Source of the DNA: an uncultured Bacteriovoracaceae bacterium
GTDB lineage: Bacteria; Bdellovibrionota; Bacteriovoracia; Bacteriovoracales; Bacteriovoracaceae
Reading direction: 5' to 3'
DNA: 64,000 nucleotides
NCBI GenBank assembly: GCA_964012805.1
Contig: CAXGUD010000012.1
Location: forward strand, 42,311 to 106,310
Below the pieces are notes generated by a model. The model worked only from the letters and a program-made list of their open reading frames with translations. It ran no database searches and was not told the DNA's origin. The position numbers were made by a program, and so were the translations under genes. This document shows, piece by piece, positions 1 through 10,534 of the stretch; position 1 is the stretch's first letter; each line of letters begins with the position of its first letter.

Positions 1-581
1 ATTTTTTGTGTATCATAGGCAGTGAGTCCGGAAAAAATTCCAACTCCAATGATCGATACGACTATATCCATTGTTCCTCCTATGAGAGAAGGAAAAAACC
101 AACTAAGAACATAAAACCCGATAATTCCCCATAGACCCATATGGCAAAAGGTTCCGACAGGGCCGAGGTCTTTCTTAGTGACATAGCCAAATAGAGATAA
201 ACCGGCAAAACAAAAGGAGGTAATGAAGAAGACTTCTTGGACAGACTCTTGTGTATAAATTAAAAAGACCACAGAAAGAGTGAGCCCAGTAAAAAAGGCA
301 TAGAGTAAATAAACAAGTGTTGCCATGAATGCATTTATTCGTTCTATCATAGCGCTAAGAAAAATGACTGCTCCAACCTGCGCCAGAATAAGGCCTATAG
401 ATACAAATGGATTAGTTGCAATGACCATGACAATTTGCTGTTTGAGAGAAACGTAATAACTTGTAGCACCTGTAAGTAAAATGCCAAAAGTCATCCATTT
501 ATAAACACCGGCCATAAAGCGCGCATTTTCTTCTTTTATTGCCGTTTCACTTTTAGTTATGTATTGACTTTGAGAATTCAA
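1..581 (-). CDS. Bax inhibitor-1/YccA family membrane protein (runs off the window's left edge)
   Basis: Not in the ORF track; translated by hand from TTG at 581 (AAGGA upstream): MNSQSQYITKSETAIKEENARFMAGVYKWMTFGILLTG...GYVTKKDL...GLTAYDTQK, carrying typical BI-1/YccA motifs. Confidence 0.9.
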   Translation of the reverse strand, partial: MNSQSQYITKSETAIKEENARFMAGVYKWMTFGILLTGATSYYVSLKQQIVMVIATNPFVSIGLILAQVGAVIFLSAMIERINAFMATLVYLLYAFFTGLTLSVVFLIYTQESVQEVFFITSFCFAGLSLFGYVTKKDLGPVGTFCHMGLWGIIGFYVLSWFFPSLIGGTMDIVVSIIGVGIFSGLTAYDTQK

Positions 582-897
582 ATTAATTCCTTATTAAAAA
601 ATGCAAGACTTCTAAATACATATTTCATTCGTTATAAAAATATCGACTAATCAGATTGTTTAATTAGATTATATTATTAGAGATATTTGCTTTAATTTTT
701 TTTGTCTATTATAAAGATAATAATAAGTATTAAAACTAAGATTTTTAGTTAGATATTAATGAAAAAAAATTAATAACTTCCAACAACATTCTAAAAGTAT
801 AGCGGATAATTTTTCCCTTTTTGTTCCTTTTATTATTATTAATCTACTTATTTTTTTATTTTACGAAATACTACCAACACCAATTTAAAGAAAAAAT

Positions 898-3609
898 ATG
901 AAACGTTTTCTTCAAATATTTTTTATCTTTTTTCCTGCAATTATTTTTGCAGAAGCTCCTCCCGTTGTAATGGAGAAGGGGAAAAATTTCTATCAGCTAG
1001 GCCTTCATTTAGATCTATATGAAGATAAGACTGGAAAGTTAACAATTAAAGATATTATTAAGCCTGAATTATTATCCAAGTTTGAGACTAGTAAGCAAAA
1101 GGTTCCTAACTTTGGTTTTACCAAATCTCATTTTTGGGCTAGGTTAAAAATTACAAATCCACAAAAAGTAAAAGGTGATTGGTATTTAAGTTTTAACTAT
1201 GTTTTGCAAGATCGAGTTTCATTTTACAAAAAAGAAAATAATGATTGGATTGCCGAAAATATGGGGGATGAATTAAAGTTTTCAAGCAGAAAAGTAAAGG
1301 TGAGGCCTTTTGTCTTACAGGTGAATACAGAAAAGGATCAAGTCTATTTTGTAAAAATCAATGGAGGGCTAAACCAAATAAACCTGACACTTGTTTCACA
1401 AAAACAAATGTTAATGAAAGAGGGCGAGGACAATCAGGTTTATGGAATATTTTTTGGAATCATCGTCTCAATGGTTCTTTATAACCTTTTTATTCTCTTT
1501 TCGACAAAAAGCTACAGTTACTTATTTTATGTCGTTTATGTTTTCTGCTATGGTTTATTTTTAGCGGGTTATCAGGGGTTCACTCAAAAATACCTGTTTT
1601 ATAACTATCCTTGGTTTAGCAATAATGGACTAAGTTTTATAATGGGCTTTTCTGAGTTGTTTCTTACCCTTTTCACGATGGCCTATTTAAATATTCCTGA
1701 AAAGAATAAAAGATTAAATTGGCTTTTCAGAATGAGTGCTCTAGGAGGAATCGTTGTTATTCTGTCTAGTCTTATTAACCCTTATGCGGTCAATGTAAAA
1801 TTGTTCTTTTTAAATGCAGCGGTTATTTCTTTCCTTGCTTACGGAACTGCCATATATAAGTGGGTTAAAGGTTATAGACCTGCAAGGTATTTTACCTTGG
1901 CTTTTTCTTTTATGATTATAGGTAGCATGATCACGAACCTGGCCGTTGCCAATGTTCTTCCAAATCTTGCGCTTTTCAGGCAATCAGTTATTATTGGAAC
2001 GGCATTGCAACTTATCTTTCTCTCCATGGGATTAGCCGACCGTTTTAACCTTATTCAGGAAGAGGCCAAGAAGCTTCAAGAAAATTATGCGAAAGAATTG
2101 GAAAAAGAAGTTACAGAAAAAACCAAGCAAGTTGTTATGGAAAAAGAAAGAGCAGAGGCTTCAGAAAGAGAAGTTTCAGGTCTTCTTCATAACATGAGGC
2201 AGTCTGTTTTTAGTGTTAATAAAGATTGTGAAATCATTCCACCAGTCTCCGAATACAGTTTAGAGTTATTTGGAAAACAAATCGTAAAAGAAAGTATCCA
2301 TGACACTCTTTTTAAGGACCTAGATAAGGATGGTGAAGTTTTTTTTAAAGCTCGCTTTGCTTTGGCCGTTTCAATTGATGAAGACTTGTATCAATATGAC
2401 GCTCTTGCAGAGGACCTACCTAGTAAGATTTATATGAAAGATAAGAAAGGTGAAAATAGATCTCTTAAGATTAATTACTCACCAATTGTGGATAAAGAGG
2501 ACATTGTTCAAAAAATTATGATGGTTGTTGAAGATGTTACTGAGTTAGAAAATTTAGAGAGAGAAGCTAAAGAAACCAGGGAACAATCGGCCAAAAAGAT
2601 TACGAGGCTTCAAGAAATTGTTTCTAATGGAAAAAAGGAAATCCAGCTCTTTACGAGAGGAGCCCTTCTCAACCTTGATAATGCAAAAGAGTCAATAGAA
2701 ACAACTGATTTAGATAAGTTGTTCAGGGCCGCCCATACGATAAAAGGTAATGCAAGAATTCATAATCTGGCAGGGCTATCTTCCGAAGTTCACGTTTTAG
2801 AAAATGAAATAGATAATATGAGAGGTTTAGAGGAAGGTACAAAAATTGAAAAAAGCAAATTGAATTCAATATATAAAAGTCTAAAAGCATCCGTTGATGA
2901 TTACCTTGAGTTATCTAAAGAAATTTTTGGTCAAGATGTTGATGAATCAGTAGTAACAACAGATCTTGATGACATGATTATTTCGAAGTCTCTTTTTACA
3001 TCGAGCCTTGAAGAATTAAAAGAAATTAATAAAGAAATTGATAACAAAAAGATCCTTGATATATTAGTCAAACTAGAGCGGGAAGAGTTTAAAAAGTACC
3101 TCACTATTCTTCAAAAAAACGTTAATAATATTTCAATAAATTTAATTAAAGATATTGAATTGGAGATTAGTGGTGATGATGTATATTTGGACCTTAATAC
3201 AGCTTCAATGATAAAAGATGCTATCTTGCATATTATTCAAAATTCAGCTGAGCATGGAATAGAAAAAGAAGGTCTTATTAAAATTGACCTATCAGACTCC
3301 GATGGAAAAATTGGAATTACTGTTTCGGATAATGGTTCAGGAATAGATCCTGAAGTGATTTATAAAAAATCACTTGAAAAAGGCCTTATAAAACAAGAAG
3401 ACTCCGGGAACTTGAACCTTGATGAGAAGCTGTATCTTATTTTCCTTCCAGGCTTTTCGACTAAAGAAGTAGCTACAGAATTTTCTGGAAGGGGAGTAGG
3501 TTTAGATGTCGTTAAAAATAATATCGAAAAATTAGAAGGTTCGGTAAAAATAGAGTCATCTTTAGGTAAAGGGACAACGTTTCACTTGTCCGTTCCTTTG
3601 AAATCTTGA
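898..3609 (+). CDS. 7TM-DISM sensor fused to Hpt and HATPase_c (CheA-like histidine kinase without CheW domain)
   Basis: 7TMR-DISMED2-like N-terminus (PNFGFTKSHFWARL), hydrophobic 7TM region (YGIFFGIIVSMVLYNLFI), Hpt motif FRAAHTIKG, HATPase boxes NSAEHG, DNGSGID, FLPGFST, SGRGVGL. Confidence 0.88.
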   Translation: MKRFLQIFFIFFPAIIFAEAPPVVMEKGKNFYQLGLHLDLYEDKTGKLTIKDIIKPELLSKFETSKQKVPNFGFTKSHFWARLKITNPQKVKGDWYLSFNYVLQDRVSFYKKENNDWIAENMGDELKFSSRKVKVRPFVLQVNTEKDQVYFVKINGGLNQINLTLVSQKQMLMKEGEDNQVYGIFFGIIVSMVLYNLFILFSTKSYSYLFYVVYVFCYGLFLAGYQGFTQKYLFYNYPWFSNNGLSFIMGFSELFLTLFTMAYLNIPEKNKRLNWLFRMSALGGIVVILSSLINPYAVNVKLFFLNAAVISFLAYGTAIYKWVKGYRPARYFTLAFSFMIIGSMITNLAVANVLPNLALFRQSVIIGTALQLIFLSMGLADRFNLIQEEAKKLQENYAKELEKEVTEKTKQVVMEKERAEASEREVSGLLHNMRQSVFSVNKDCEIIPPVSEYSLELFGKQIVKESIHDTLFKDLDKDGEVFFKARFALAVSIDEDLYQYDALAEDLPSKIYMKDKKGENRSLKINYSPIVDKEDIVQKIMMVVEDVTELENLEREAKETREQSAKKITRLQEIVSNGKKEIQLFTRGALLNLDNAKESIETTDLDKLFRAAHTIKGNARIHNLAGLSSEVHVLENEIDNMRGLEEGTKIEKSKLNSIYKSLKASVDDYLELSKEIFGQDVDESVVTTDLDDMIISKSLFTSSLEELKEINKEIDNKKILDILVKLEREEFKKYLTILQKNVNNISINLIKDIELEISGDDVYLDLNTASMIKDAILHIIQNSAEHGIEKEGLIKIDLSDSDGKIGITVSDNGSGIDPEVIYKKSLEKGLIKQEDSGNLNLDEKLYLIFLPGFSTKEVATEFSGRGVGLDVVKNNIEKLEGSVKIESSLGKGTTFHLSVPLKS

Positions 3610-3637
3610 GTAAATCTAGAAGACTCAAATGATTAAT

Positions 3638-4024
3638 TCAGTAAGTGCCTTTCAATTTTTCTAAAATTCTTTTGATTGTGGAGACTAGAATTGCTGGTTT
3701 TACTGGTTTTGTAATCCAGGCCTTCACGACGCCTGTCTTTTTGGCCTCAACAGCCAATTTTGGATGAGATTCTGTTGTAACTAGAATAGTTGGAATTCTG
3801 CAAATTTTATCGTTTTTACTTTGTTCTTTGGCAAACTCAATACCATTCATGGCCGGCATGTTGATATCGAGTAAGATCATGTCGATTTCAGTCTGTTCTT
3901 TTAAAACCTCCAAAGCATCTAGCCCGTCCTCTGATTCCAGAACTTCAAAGCCGGCTCCCTCGAGTATTGCTCGAAGGCTTACTCTTACAGATTCGGAATC
4001 ATCTACTATTAGGACTCTTTGCAT
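3638..4024 (-). CDS. CheY-like single-domain response regulator
   Basis: VLIVDDS, LLDINMPAMNG, ILVTTES, AWITKPV; start moved to ATG 4024, which follows a GGAGG RBS. Confidence 0.9.
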   Translation of the reverse strand: MQRVLIVDDSESVRVSLRAILEGAGFEVLESEDGLDALEVLKEQTEIDMILLDINMPAMNGIEFAKEQSKNDKICRIPTILVTTESHPKLAVEAKKTGVVKAWITKPVKPAILVSTIKRILEKLKGTY

Positions 4025-4214
4025 GGATCCTCCTAAAATGATCATAACACTAGAAAGATATAAAACAAGACAGGACGCTTTTGGTGATTATTTTGCTCTC
4101 AATTTAAAGGTTGTCTTTATTACTTGGTCTTTATTGACTGTCTTCCAAACTGTAATTTATAAAAACGCTTTTAATCTTAATCATCAACATAGCACGGGTG
4201 AGGCTATTTATTTT

Positions 4215-4859
4215 TTAGAGAGTATTATTTTCTTTGAGAAGGGCAAGTGAGTGGTTTGGACCTACACTTGTATTGTAGGCCATATGAATCCAAAAGAGGG
4301 CCAAATTCTCTAGGTGTTTTGCCTCAGCTAAATCACCAATATCAACACCTTGAAAACCTAATTTAGAAATTAATGAGAGGGTTCTTTGCTTGGCCATTAG
4401 GTTATCACCTGCTACTAACATGAGAGTTGTTCCATCTTCGTAGCGTGGATTTTTAATATTTCCTGCCCCTGTATGATTAAAGGCCTTAATAACGAAGGCG
4501 TCTGGAAGAAGAGAAGATACTTTTTCTCCTCCTGAAAGTCCGTCTTGATGATGGAGACCTTTGAGGTTACTGGTGAGTGGGTTTGTACAATCACAGATGA
4601 TCTGCCCCTTTTTGTATTTCAGTTCCCTCAATGCCTCTGGGACGGTTGGCCACGGGACCGCTAAAAAAATAAAGTCGTGGTCAGGGCCAATGTCTTTAAC
4701 TTTTTGAAATGAGACGAACTCGCGATAAAGCTCTTTTAAGTCGTCGTATTTTGTGTCATTAGGACTTTTTACTCCAAAGGAAACGGGAATTTTCTGTTTA
4801 AAAAACTTTTGGGCAAGGGCCCTACCGACGTTTCCAGCACCTAAAATAGCAACTCTCAT
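4215..4859 (-). CDS. NADPH-dependent F420 reductase-like / predicted dinucleotide-binding oxidoreductase
   Basis: GAGNVG Rossmann motif, FLAVPW, DCTNPL, SGGE, VIKAFN; likely start MRVAILG at 4859. Confidence 0.85.
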   Translation of the reverse strand: MRVAILGAGNVGRALAQKFFKQKIPVSFGVKSPNDTKYDDLKELYREFVSFQKVKDIGPDHDFIFLAVPWPTVPEALRELKYKKGQIICDCTNPLTSNLKGLHHQDGLSGGEKVSSLLPDAFVIKAFNHTGAGNIKNPRYEDGTTLMLVAGDNLMAKQRTLSLISKLGFQGVDIGDLAEAKHLENLALFWIHMAYNTSVGPNHSLALLKENNTL

Positions 4860-5090
4860 ACCTTCCTCAGGTTTGTTTTTAAATAGAATGAACAACCGTA
4901 AAGTAAAAATAATGTGCCGTCAATAAAGGGAGAGAAAGAGTTTTCAGCTACGAGAGCACAACCAAATGCTCTAGATATTACAGAAGGGTAATGATTTCCT
5001 TATTATGGCATTCTCATTGATTTGGTATTGTGCGTAATGTAGAAAAGGTTAATTAAGGGGAAAGTGCTTGATATATTCCGTGGAGATTAA

Positions 5091-6287
5091 GTGGAAAAAG
5101 ACCTTCTAGAGAAAAATATTTCAAAAATCTACTTACTTAAATTCTTCTCTATGTTTCTTATTTTAATGCCTGTTATTGTGCCTTTTTTTAACTCTCTTGG
5201 GATTGGAATGAAGGGAGTATACCTTATCCAGTGCATTTTTGCTGTTACCGTTTTTATTTTTGAAGTCCCCTCAGGTTATATTGCGGACATACTCGGGAGG
5301 AAAAAGACCTTAATGACAGCTTTCTTTTTATCTGCTTTGGGTTTTAGCCTTTTCCCGTTTGCTCAAAATTTAACTCATTTGATTTTAGCAGAAATCATTT
5401 TGGGTTTGGGGCTTTCTCTTAGTTCGGGAACGGATACAGCACTACTCTATGATACCTTAGAGGCCCTTAAATCTAAAAAGGCTTATGTAAAAGTTTTGGG
5501 AAAGAGTCTGGCCTTTTTGTCTATGGGAGAAGGCTTTGCTTCTCTTATTTCAAGTCTATTAATATATTTATCATTCACCACTCGGGATCTGGCCGTTGCG
5601 TCTGCAATTTGCAGTTGGATACCCTTTTTTATAACATTCTTCCTTTTTGAGCCGTCGAGGCAAAAGATGGCAAATGAGCATAAGGAAAATTTTAAGTACA
5701 TTTTTAAGGAGTTATTTAAACAATCCAAGCTTTTAAGACTAATTGTTTTTAATATTGTTTTTTCTTTTTCAGGGACTCTTTTTGCTGTCTGGATGTTTCA
5801 AAAGTATTGGGCGAATCTGGGGATACCTCTTTTTTATTTTGGTCTTTTATGGGCCTTAACGAATTTTACTGTTTCTCTTTCTGGTCGCTATGCTCACAAG
5901 CTTGAAAAGTGGTGGGGAAGTGCTTGGGTTGTAGCATTTATTGGAGTACTTCCTGTTGCTGGTTATTTTGGAATTTCTTTTGTTGAACATACTGTTGGGG
6001 TTTTAGTCTGCTTGTTGTTTCAAGTATGTAGAGGTGTTGGCCAGGTGATTTTAAAAGATGCTCTCAACAAAAGAGTGACTGGCGATTTTAGGGCTACAGC
6101 TAATAGCATTGCTCAGATGGGAGCAAGGGTATTCTTTACTATTTTGGGCCCATTTTTAGGTTTTTATATTGATACATTTGGTCTTTCGTCAGGGGCTTTT
6201 TCCATGGGTGTTCTTTATAGTTTCATTTTCATCTTTGCCATTATCCCACTTATTCGCCAAAGAAAAGACTTCATACAGTTTTCCTAA
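5091..6287 (+). CDS. MFS transporter
   Basis: About 12 hydrophobic segments; EVPSGYIADILGRKKT (motif A), SGTDTALLYD, RATANS. Confidence 0.9.
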   Translation: MEKDLLEKNISKIYLLKFFSMFLILMPVIVPFFNSLGIGMKGVYLIQCIFAVTVFIFEVPSGYIADILGRKKTLMTAFFLSALGFSLFPFAQNLTHLILAEIILGLGLSLSSGTDTALLYDTLEALKSKKAYVKVLGKSLAFLSMGEGFASLISSLLIYLSFTTRDLAVASAICSWIPFFITFFLFEPSRQKMANEHKENFKYIFKELFKQSKLLRLIVFNIVFSFSGTLFAVWMFQKYWANLGIPLFYFGLLWALTNFTVSLSGRYAHKLEKWWGSAWVVAFIGVLPVAGYFGISFVEHTVGVLVCLLFQVCRGVGQVILKDALNKRVTGDFRATANSIAQMGARVFFTILGPFLGFYIDTFGLSSGAFSMGVLYSFIFIFAIIPLIRQRKDFIQFS

Positions 6288-6386
6288 CAATTCTGTTTCG
6301 AGTTGAGCTTTTTAAAAAAGTAAAATGGTTGTTTTTTTGTAATGACTATTGAATCAATGTTTGCATTGATTATAATTTAAAAAAAT

Positions 6387-6702
6387 ATGGCTAAAAAAAT
6401 GCAAATGAGCAATATACTTGAAGAGGAAATGCAGTCTAAAATAAATCAAGCTGAAGGAAAGGCAGAAGAAATTTTAACAATTTCAAAAGCTACAGCTGAG
6501 TTTATTATGAAGGTAGGATGACTTGAGCCAGTAAGGTGGTGAGAAGCCCATTAAAATACTGCTTTCCCAGCAATATTTGTCTAAATTGACCAAACTTGCT
6601 TATGGAGAAAAAAAGGTGATTCTTCCCGTTAAGATTTCAGATTTTGATTCACTTTTATTAAATATCGGTCTTGATTGGAGAAAAGAAGATTTCAAGCTTT
6701 AG
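6387..6702 (+). pseudogene. Degraded C-terminal fragment of an SPFH/Band 7 (paraslipin/QmcA-like) gene
   Basis: Hand translation: ...EEEMQSKINQAEGKAEEILTISKATAEFIMKVG*, then after a frameshift LSQ*GGEKPIKILLSQQYLSKLTKLA...KVILP; resembles the Band_7 C-terminal region. Confidence 0.65.
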
Positions 6703-6728
6703 TATGGAAACCATTTCATGGAGAAGAT

Positions 6729-7382
6729 ATGGCCTATAGAACGGATAACATCCCTTTACTTATAAAACCGCTTTACTTTGCTATATCTTATATTCTGGCA
6801 ATTATTGTATTTGTCTTTTTTATCTTTCCTCTGAGACTCACATTAAGAATTGATTTTCAGGGTAAAGAGAACCTCAATAAGAAACCTTTTATTGGATGTA
6901 TCTGGCATCAAGATTTGGGGCCAGTTTTTACTTCATTAAAAAAATTTGGTGTCAACCAAATTTGGATGAACTATCCTGTTTGGTATATGAAACCTATCCA
7001 TTTTCTTCTGAACTTTATTGGAATCAAAGAACTCGTATTGGGCTCTTCTGGCCACAATGGAAAAGAAGCTGCAAGTAAATTATGTAGGCTTTTAAAAGAG
7101 AAAAATGCTTCCACAATAGTTGCCGTGGATGGTCCCCTCGGTCCTTCTAAAGTTTTAAAAAAAGGGGTCCTTTACATGGCACTCGAGACAGGCTTTCCTA
7201 TTATACCTTTAACATTTGAACTCTCACCATGTTTTATTCTAAGGCCTAGTTGGGATGGAAAAAAGATGACCGTTCCTTTTGGGCGGATGAAAATTATTTG
7301 TCATGAATCACTTTATGTAACTGAAGACAATTTTAAAGAAAGATCAATACAATTGGAAAATGCATTGAATAGAGTTCCTTAG
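6729..7382 (+). CDS. DUF374 / lysophospholipid acyltransferase family protein
   Basis: CIWHQD, GSSGHNG, VAVDGPLGP...KKGVLYMA..TGFPIIP, SWDG...PFG; start probably ATG 6729 after GGAG. Confidence 0.8.
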   Translation: MAYRTDNIPLLIKPLYFAISYILAIIVFVFFIFPLRLTLRIDFQGKENLNKKPFIGCIWHQDLGPVFTSLKKFGVNQIWMNYPVWYMKPIHFLLNFIGIKELVLGSSGHNGKEAASKLCRLLKEKNASTIVAVDGPLGPSKVLKKGVLYMALETGFPIIPLTFELSPCFILRPSWDGKKMTVPFGRMKIICHESLYVTEDNFKERSIQLENALNRVP

Positions 7383-7653
7383 ATTCTTCTTTTTCATTAT
7401 TTTCCCTTTAGAAAGTTATTTAGAATCACCGTGACAAAATTTTCAATTATAAATTTCCTTTGCGCCATGTCCATGGCTACTTTTATTTGATCTCTTTTTT
7501 CATGGCCGATAAAGCTTTTATAAATCTCTTCAGCGACTTTTTTGTCCAATGCTTTTTTTATCAGGACTATTGGTAATAATAATTTTAATTTTATTATTTT
7601 CTTCGTTAATAATATTCAGGAAGAATTCCAATACGTTTGTAATCTAATTTAAT

Positions 7654-8646
7654 TTATTTCTCTAAAATAAAATAATTCCACACTGCTTTGAAAGTATCTT
7701 TATTTGAAAAAGTTTTTTCCATACCTTCTCGTATAAGAGTTAATCTATCTTCTATGCATTTTTGGTCACAATTTTTACCTGTAACTTTTTTGGATCCACC
7801 AACCCATCCTATAACACCTTCATGGTAGACATTTATAAATTCGTACCAATCGTTAACAGTTGCTTCAATGGGGTGGTACTCACTAGAAACTTCTTTAAGT
7901 CCTACTTCTTTAAAAATATCTTTGTAAAAATCAATAGATCTTACAGGAAGAAAATACTTTTCCCTCAATTTATCATGAGCATTCATATAATTTTTATCTT
8001 CCAAAGACAAACGATATTTTGAAAAACGCTTATCTGTTGAAACAATTTCTAAAACAGCTTCATTAATTTTAAGAACGCTTTCATCTATAATCCATCCTTC
8101 TTTTGCTGCCTCAGGGTTATTTATATTCCCAGATTGAATATAGATACGACCTCCAGGTCTGAGGATTTTTTTCCATGATTCGAGTGTTTCTTTTAGGTTA
8201 TAGTAGAGGTGTATGGCATTAGTGGAAGAAATAATATCGATTCCTTTTTTATAAAAGTCTTCTTCTATTACTTCATGAAGGTATTCGAGTCTTTTTTCTT
8301 CTTTTTTGAAGTTTATAAGTCTATAAGCAACTCTAGGATCAGATTTAAGCTTTTCAATGGCCAGCCTTAAAAATTTTGGAGAGGAATCTACAATCAAAAT
8401 ACCTAAATCAGAGCTTTTTCCAAGGTTACGTAACAATCTGTTTGCAAGAATTCCTGTACCACCAGAGTAATCTAAAAGTATATCTCCTCTTTTTATATCC
8501 CTACTGATTTGGTCTACGGTGTTATCCAAATTCCTGTACCATCCGTGGTTTTCAACCGTATCATATTTTAAGGCCAAGCTTTCTAAAGGGGCTCTCACCC
8601 ACTCTTGTTCTGGAATAGTTTTAAAGTTTTTTGGCCACGGTAACAC
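7654..8646 (-). CDS. Class I SAM-dependent methyltransferase
   Basis: LLDYSGGTG (motif I), IVDSSPKFL, ILRPGGRIYI. Confidence 0.85.
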   Translation of the reverse strand: MLPWPKNFKTIPEQEWVRAPLESLALKYDTVENHGWYRNLDNTVDQISRDIKRGDILLDYSGGTGILANRLLRNLGKSSDLGILIVDSSPKFLRLAIEKLKSDPRVAYRLINFKKEEKRLEYLHEVIEEDFYKKGIDIISSTNAIHLYYNLKETLESWKKILRPGGRIYIQSGNINNPEAAKEGWIIDESVLKINEAVLEIVSTDKRFSKYRLSLEDKNYMNAHDKLREKYFLPVRSIDFYKDIFKEVGLKEVSSEYHPIEATVNDWYEFINVYHEGVIGWVGGSKKVTGKNCDQKCIEDRLTLIREGMEKTFSNKDTFKAVWNYFILEK

Positions 8647-8888
8647 ATTAGCTCCTTAGGAAAGAATTAACCTTTGAAAGATTTACACTGTTGTTTTTAG
8701 TTTTCATAATTATAGTTCATTTTGGTGCCGTTTTGATCCTCTTTTTTAATTTTTTAAATCAAAAATACTAATTTACCAGACATTTTTTATTAGAAAAATA
8801 AAGGTGAAAAATCATTTTTCATTGATATATTCCCTCGAAAGAAGGTATTCTAAATGATTTTTGATACCTTCCCCTAAAGGAGGTATAT

Positions 8889-10451
8889 ATGAAAAAGTTT
8901 AAACCACTACCATTTTTTCTTCTCTCAACCTCTATGTTATTTTTGTCCTGTGGTAAATATGATCTAGAATTCAGAGGGCCACAATTTTCGAATTCAAAAT
9001 TTATGACAAATGTAAGTAATCTAAAGTTGAAAAAGGACTTTAGGGGCGTTTATCGTACTTTTGATGGAGAGGAAGAAGATAATTTTTTAAAAGGATGGCA
9101 GCATTGGGATAATGATAGGTTTAATAAAGTTCACATACCAAGTTCTAATATTGAAATTGCTAAAAAAAACCTAGATGTTGAAAATATGAATGAAGTAATC
9201 GTAGCGGTCATTGACAGTGGCGTTGATGTTTATCACCCCTCTTTTAAAGGAAGAATTTGGGAAAATGAAAATGAAATACCTTATGACGGAATTGATAATG
9301 ATGGAAATGGATATATAGATGATATTTATGGTTGGAACTTTTTGGGAGAGGTCGAAAAAGAAAACTTTGAACTTACAAGAAAATATAGAAGGTGTGGAAA
9401 CAACAATTTATTAGAAGGGGAAAGTAGGGAAGATTGCTATAGAGTTGAAAAGGAGTTTAGAAAAAAACGTAAAAAAGCCTATCAAAACCTGAATTATGTA
9501 TCAAAGTATTCTAATTATTTTGGGAAAGAAGCCTATAATCATTACTATAACCAAGTTAACTTCTATTTAAATCCTGAATATAATCCAAGAGAGGAGTCTA
9601 TAAACGGAGTACTTTATGATGAAGAATGGGGAAATAGTAATATTTTACCCAGGGATAATAGCGAAAGTCATGGTACCCACGTAGCCGGTATAATTGCAGG
9701 AAGAAAGCATGGAGAAATTTCAATTGGAGTTAATCCTTATGCAAAGATCATGGCATTAAGAGTCGTACCTGAAGGTGATGAAAGGGCAAGTGATGTTTCA
9801 AGGGCCGTCATTTATGCAGTAGAAAATGGTGCAAGAGTTATTAATATGAGTTTTGGAAATTATGAGAATACAGGACAAGCAGAACTTTTAGAGGCCTTTG
9901 AATATGCCGCCGAAAAAGGAGTCCTTATTGTTCATGCAGCAGGAAATGATTCACTTAATATAAATAAAATTATTCATTCTCCAAGCCGAAAGGGAGGTAG
10001 TAAAAAATTACTTGATTCCTGGATCGAAGTCGGAAGTAGCACTTCAACTATTTATTTCAATAAAAGAAATCAAAAATACTATGTAAATTCTTCCTTACTG
10101 CCTTCCTCTTTCTCAAATTATGGAAATCAATACGTTGATCTTTTTGCACCTGGAAGTCAAATTTTTGCTCCAGTTCCTGCCGGAAAATATGCTTCAATGA
10201 GTGGAACAAGTATGGCCGCACCATTAGTTTCTGGAGTTGCTTCTCTTTTGCTCTCCTACAAACCAGAATTAAATGCTGCCGATTTAAAGGAAATTCTTTT
10301 AAAATCATCTAGAATAGAATCATATGATGTTTACCTTCCTAATCAAAGTAAAGGTAGTGATAGTGAGAGAGTTTCATTTTCTTCTTTAAGTAAAAAGGGC
10401 TCTGTTTTAGATGCCTATAGTGCTTTAGGGTATATAAAAGAAAGATATTAA
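8889..10451 (+). CDS. Subtilisin-like S8 serine peptidase, probable lipoprotein
   Basis: Catalytic triad motifs VAVIDSG, HGTHVAG, GTSMAAP; oxyanion AAGN; DNDGNGYIDD loop; lipobox-like FLSC. Confidence 0.95.
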   Translation: MKKFKPLPFFLLSTSMLFLSCGKYDLEFRGPQFSNSKFMTNVSNLKLKKDFRGVYRTFDGEEEDNFLKGWQHWDNDRFNKVHIPSSNIEIAKKNLDVENMNEVIVAVIDSGVDVYHPSFKGRIWENENEIPYDGIDNDGNGYIDDIYGWNFLGEVEKENFELTRKYRRCGNNNLLEGESREDCYRVEKEFRKKRKKAYQNLNYVSKYSNYFGKEAYNHYYNQVNFYLNPEYNPREESINGVLYDEEWGNSNILPRDNSESHGTHVAGIIAGRKHGEISIGVNPYAKIMALRVVPEGDERASDVSRAVIYAVENGARVINMSFGNYENTGQAELLEAFEYAAEKGVLIVHAAGNDSLNINKIIHSPSRKGGSKKLLDSWIEVGSSTSTIYFNKRNQKYYVNSSLLPSSFSNYGNQYVDLFAPGSQIFAPVPAGKYASMSGTSMAAPLVSGVASLLLSYKPELNAADLKEILLKSSRIESYDVYLPNQSKGSDSERVSFSSLSKKGSVLDAYSALGYIKERY

Positions 10452-10452
10452 T

Positions 10453-10496
10453 TCAAAAAAAGAGGGAGAAGGCATGGTCTTCTCCTTCTTTTTTGA
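10453..10496. terminator. Bidirectional rho-independent terminator
   Basis: aaaaaaagagggagaagg-catg-gtcttctccttctttttt hairpin flanked by A and T tracts, between convergent genes. Confidence 0.8.
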
Positions 10497-10534
10497 GTTC
10501 TTAGTAACAGATTAGGAAATTAAAATAAGAATCG

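Noticed and set aside
3828..4250. 140-aa plus-strand ORF
   Set aside because: Antisense shadow of the CheY-like gene with no recognisable motifs; the same applies to the other short antisense or alternate-frame ORFs nested inside long genes.
7397..7632. Protein-like minus-strand fragments (LEFFLNIINEE... and ALDKKVAEEIYKSFIGHEKRDQIKVAMDMAQRK...)
   Set aside because: Possibly a frameshifted remnant, but there is no clear start or RBS and I recognise no family.
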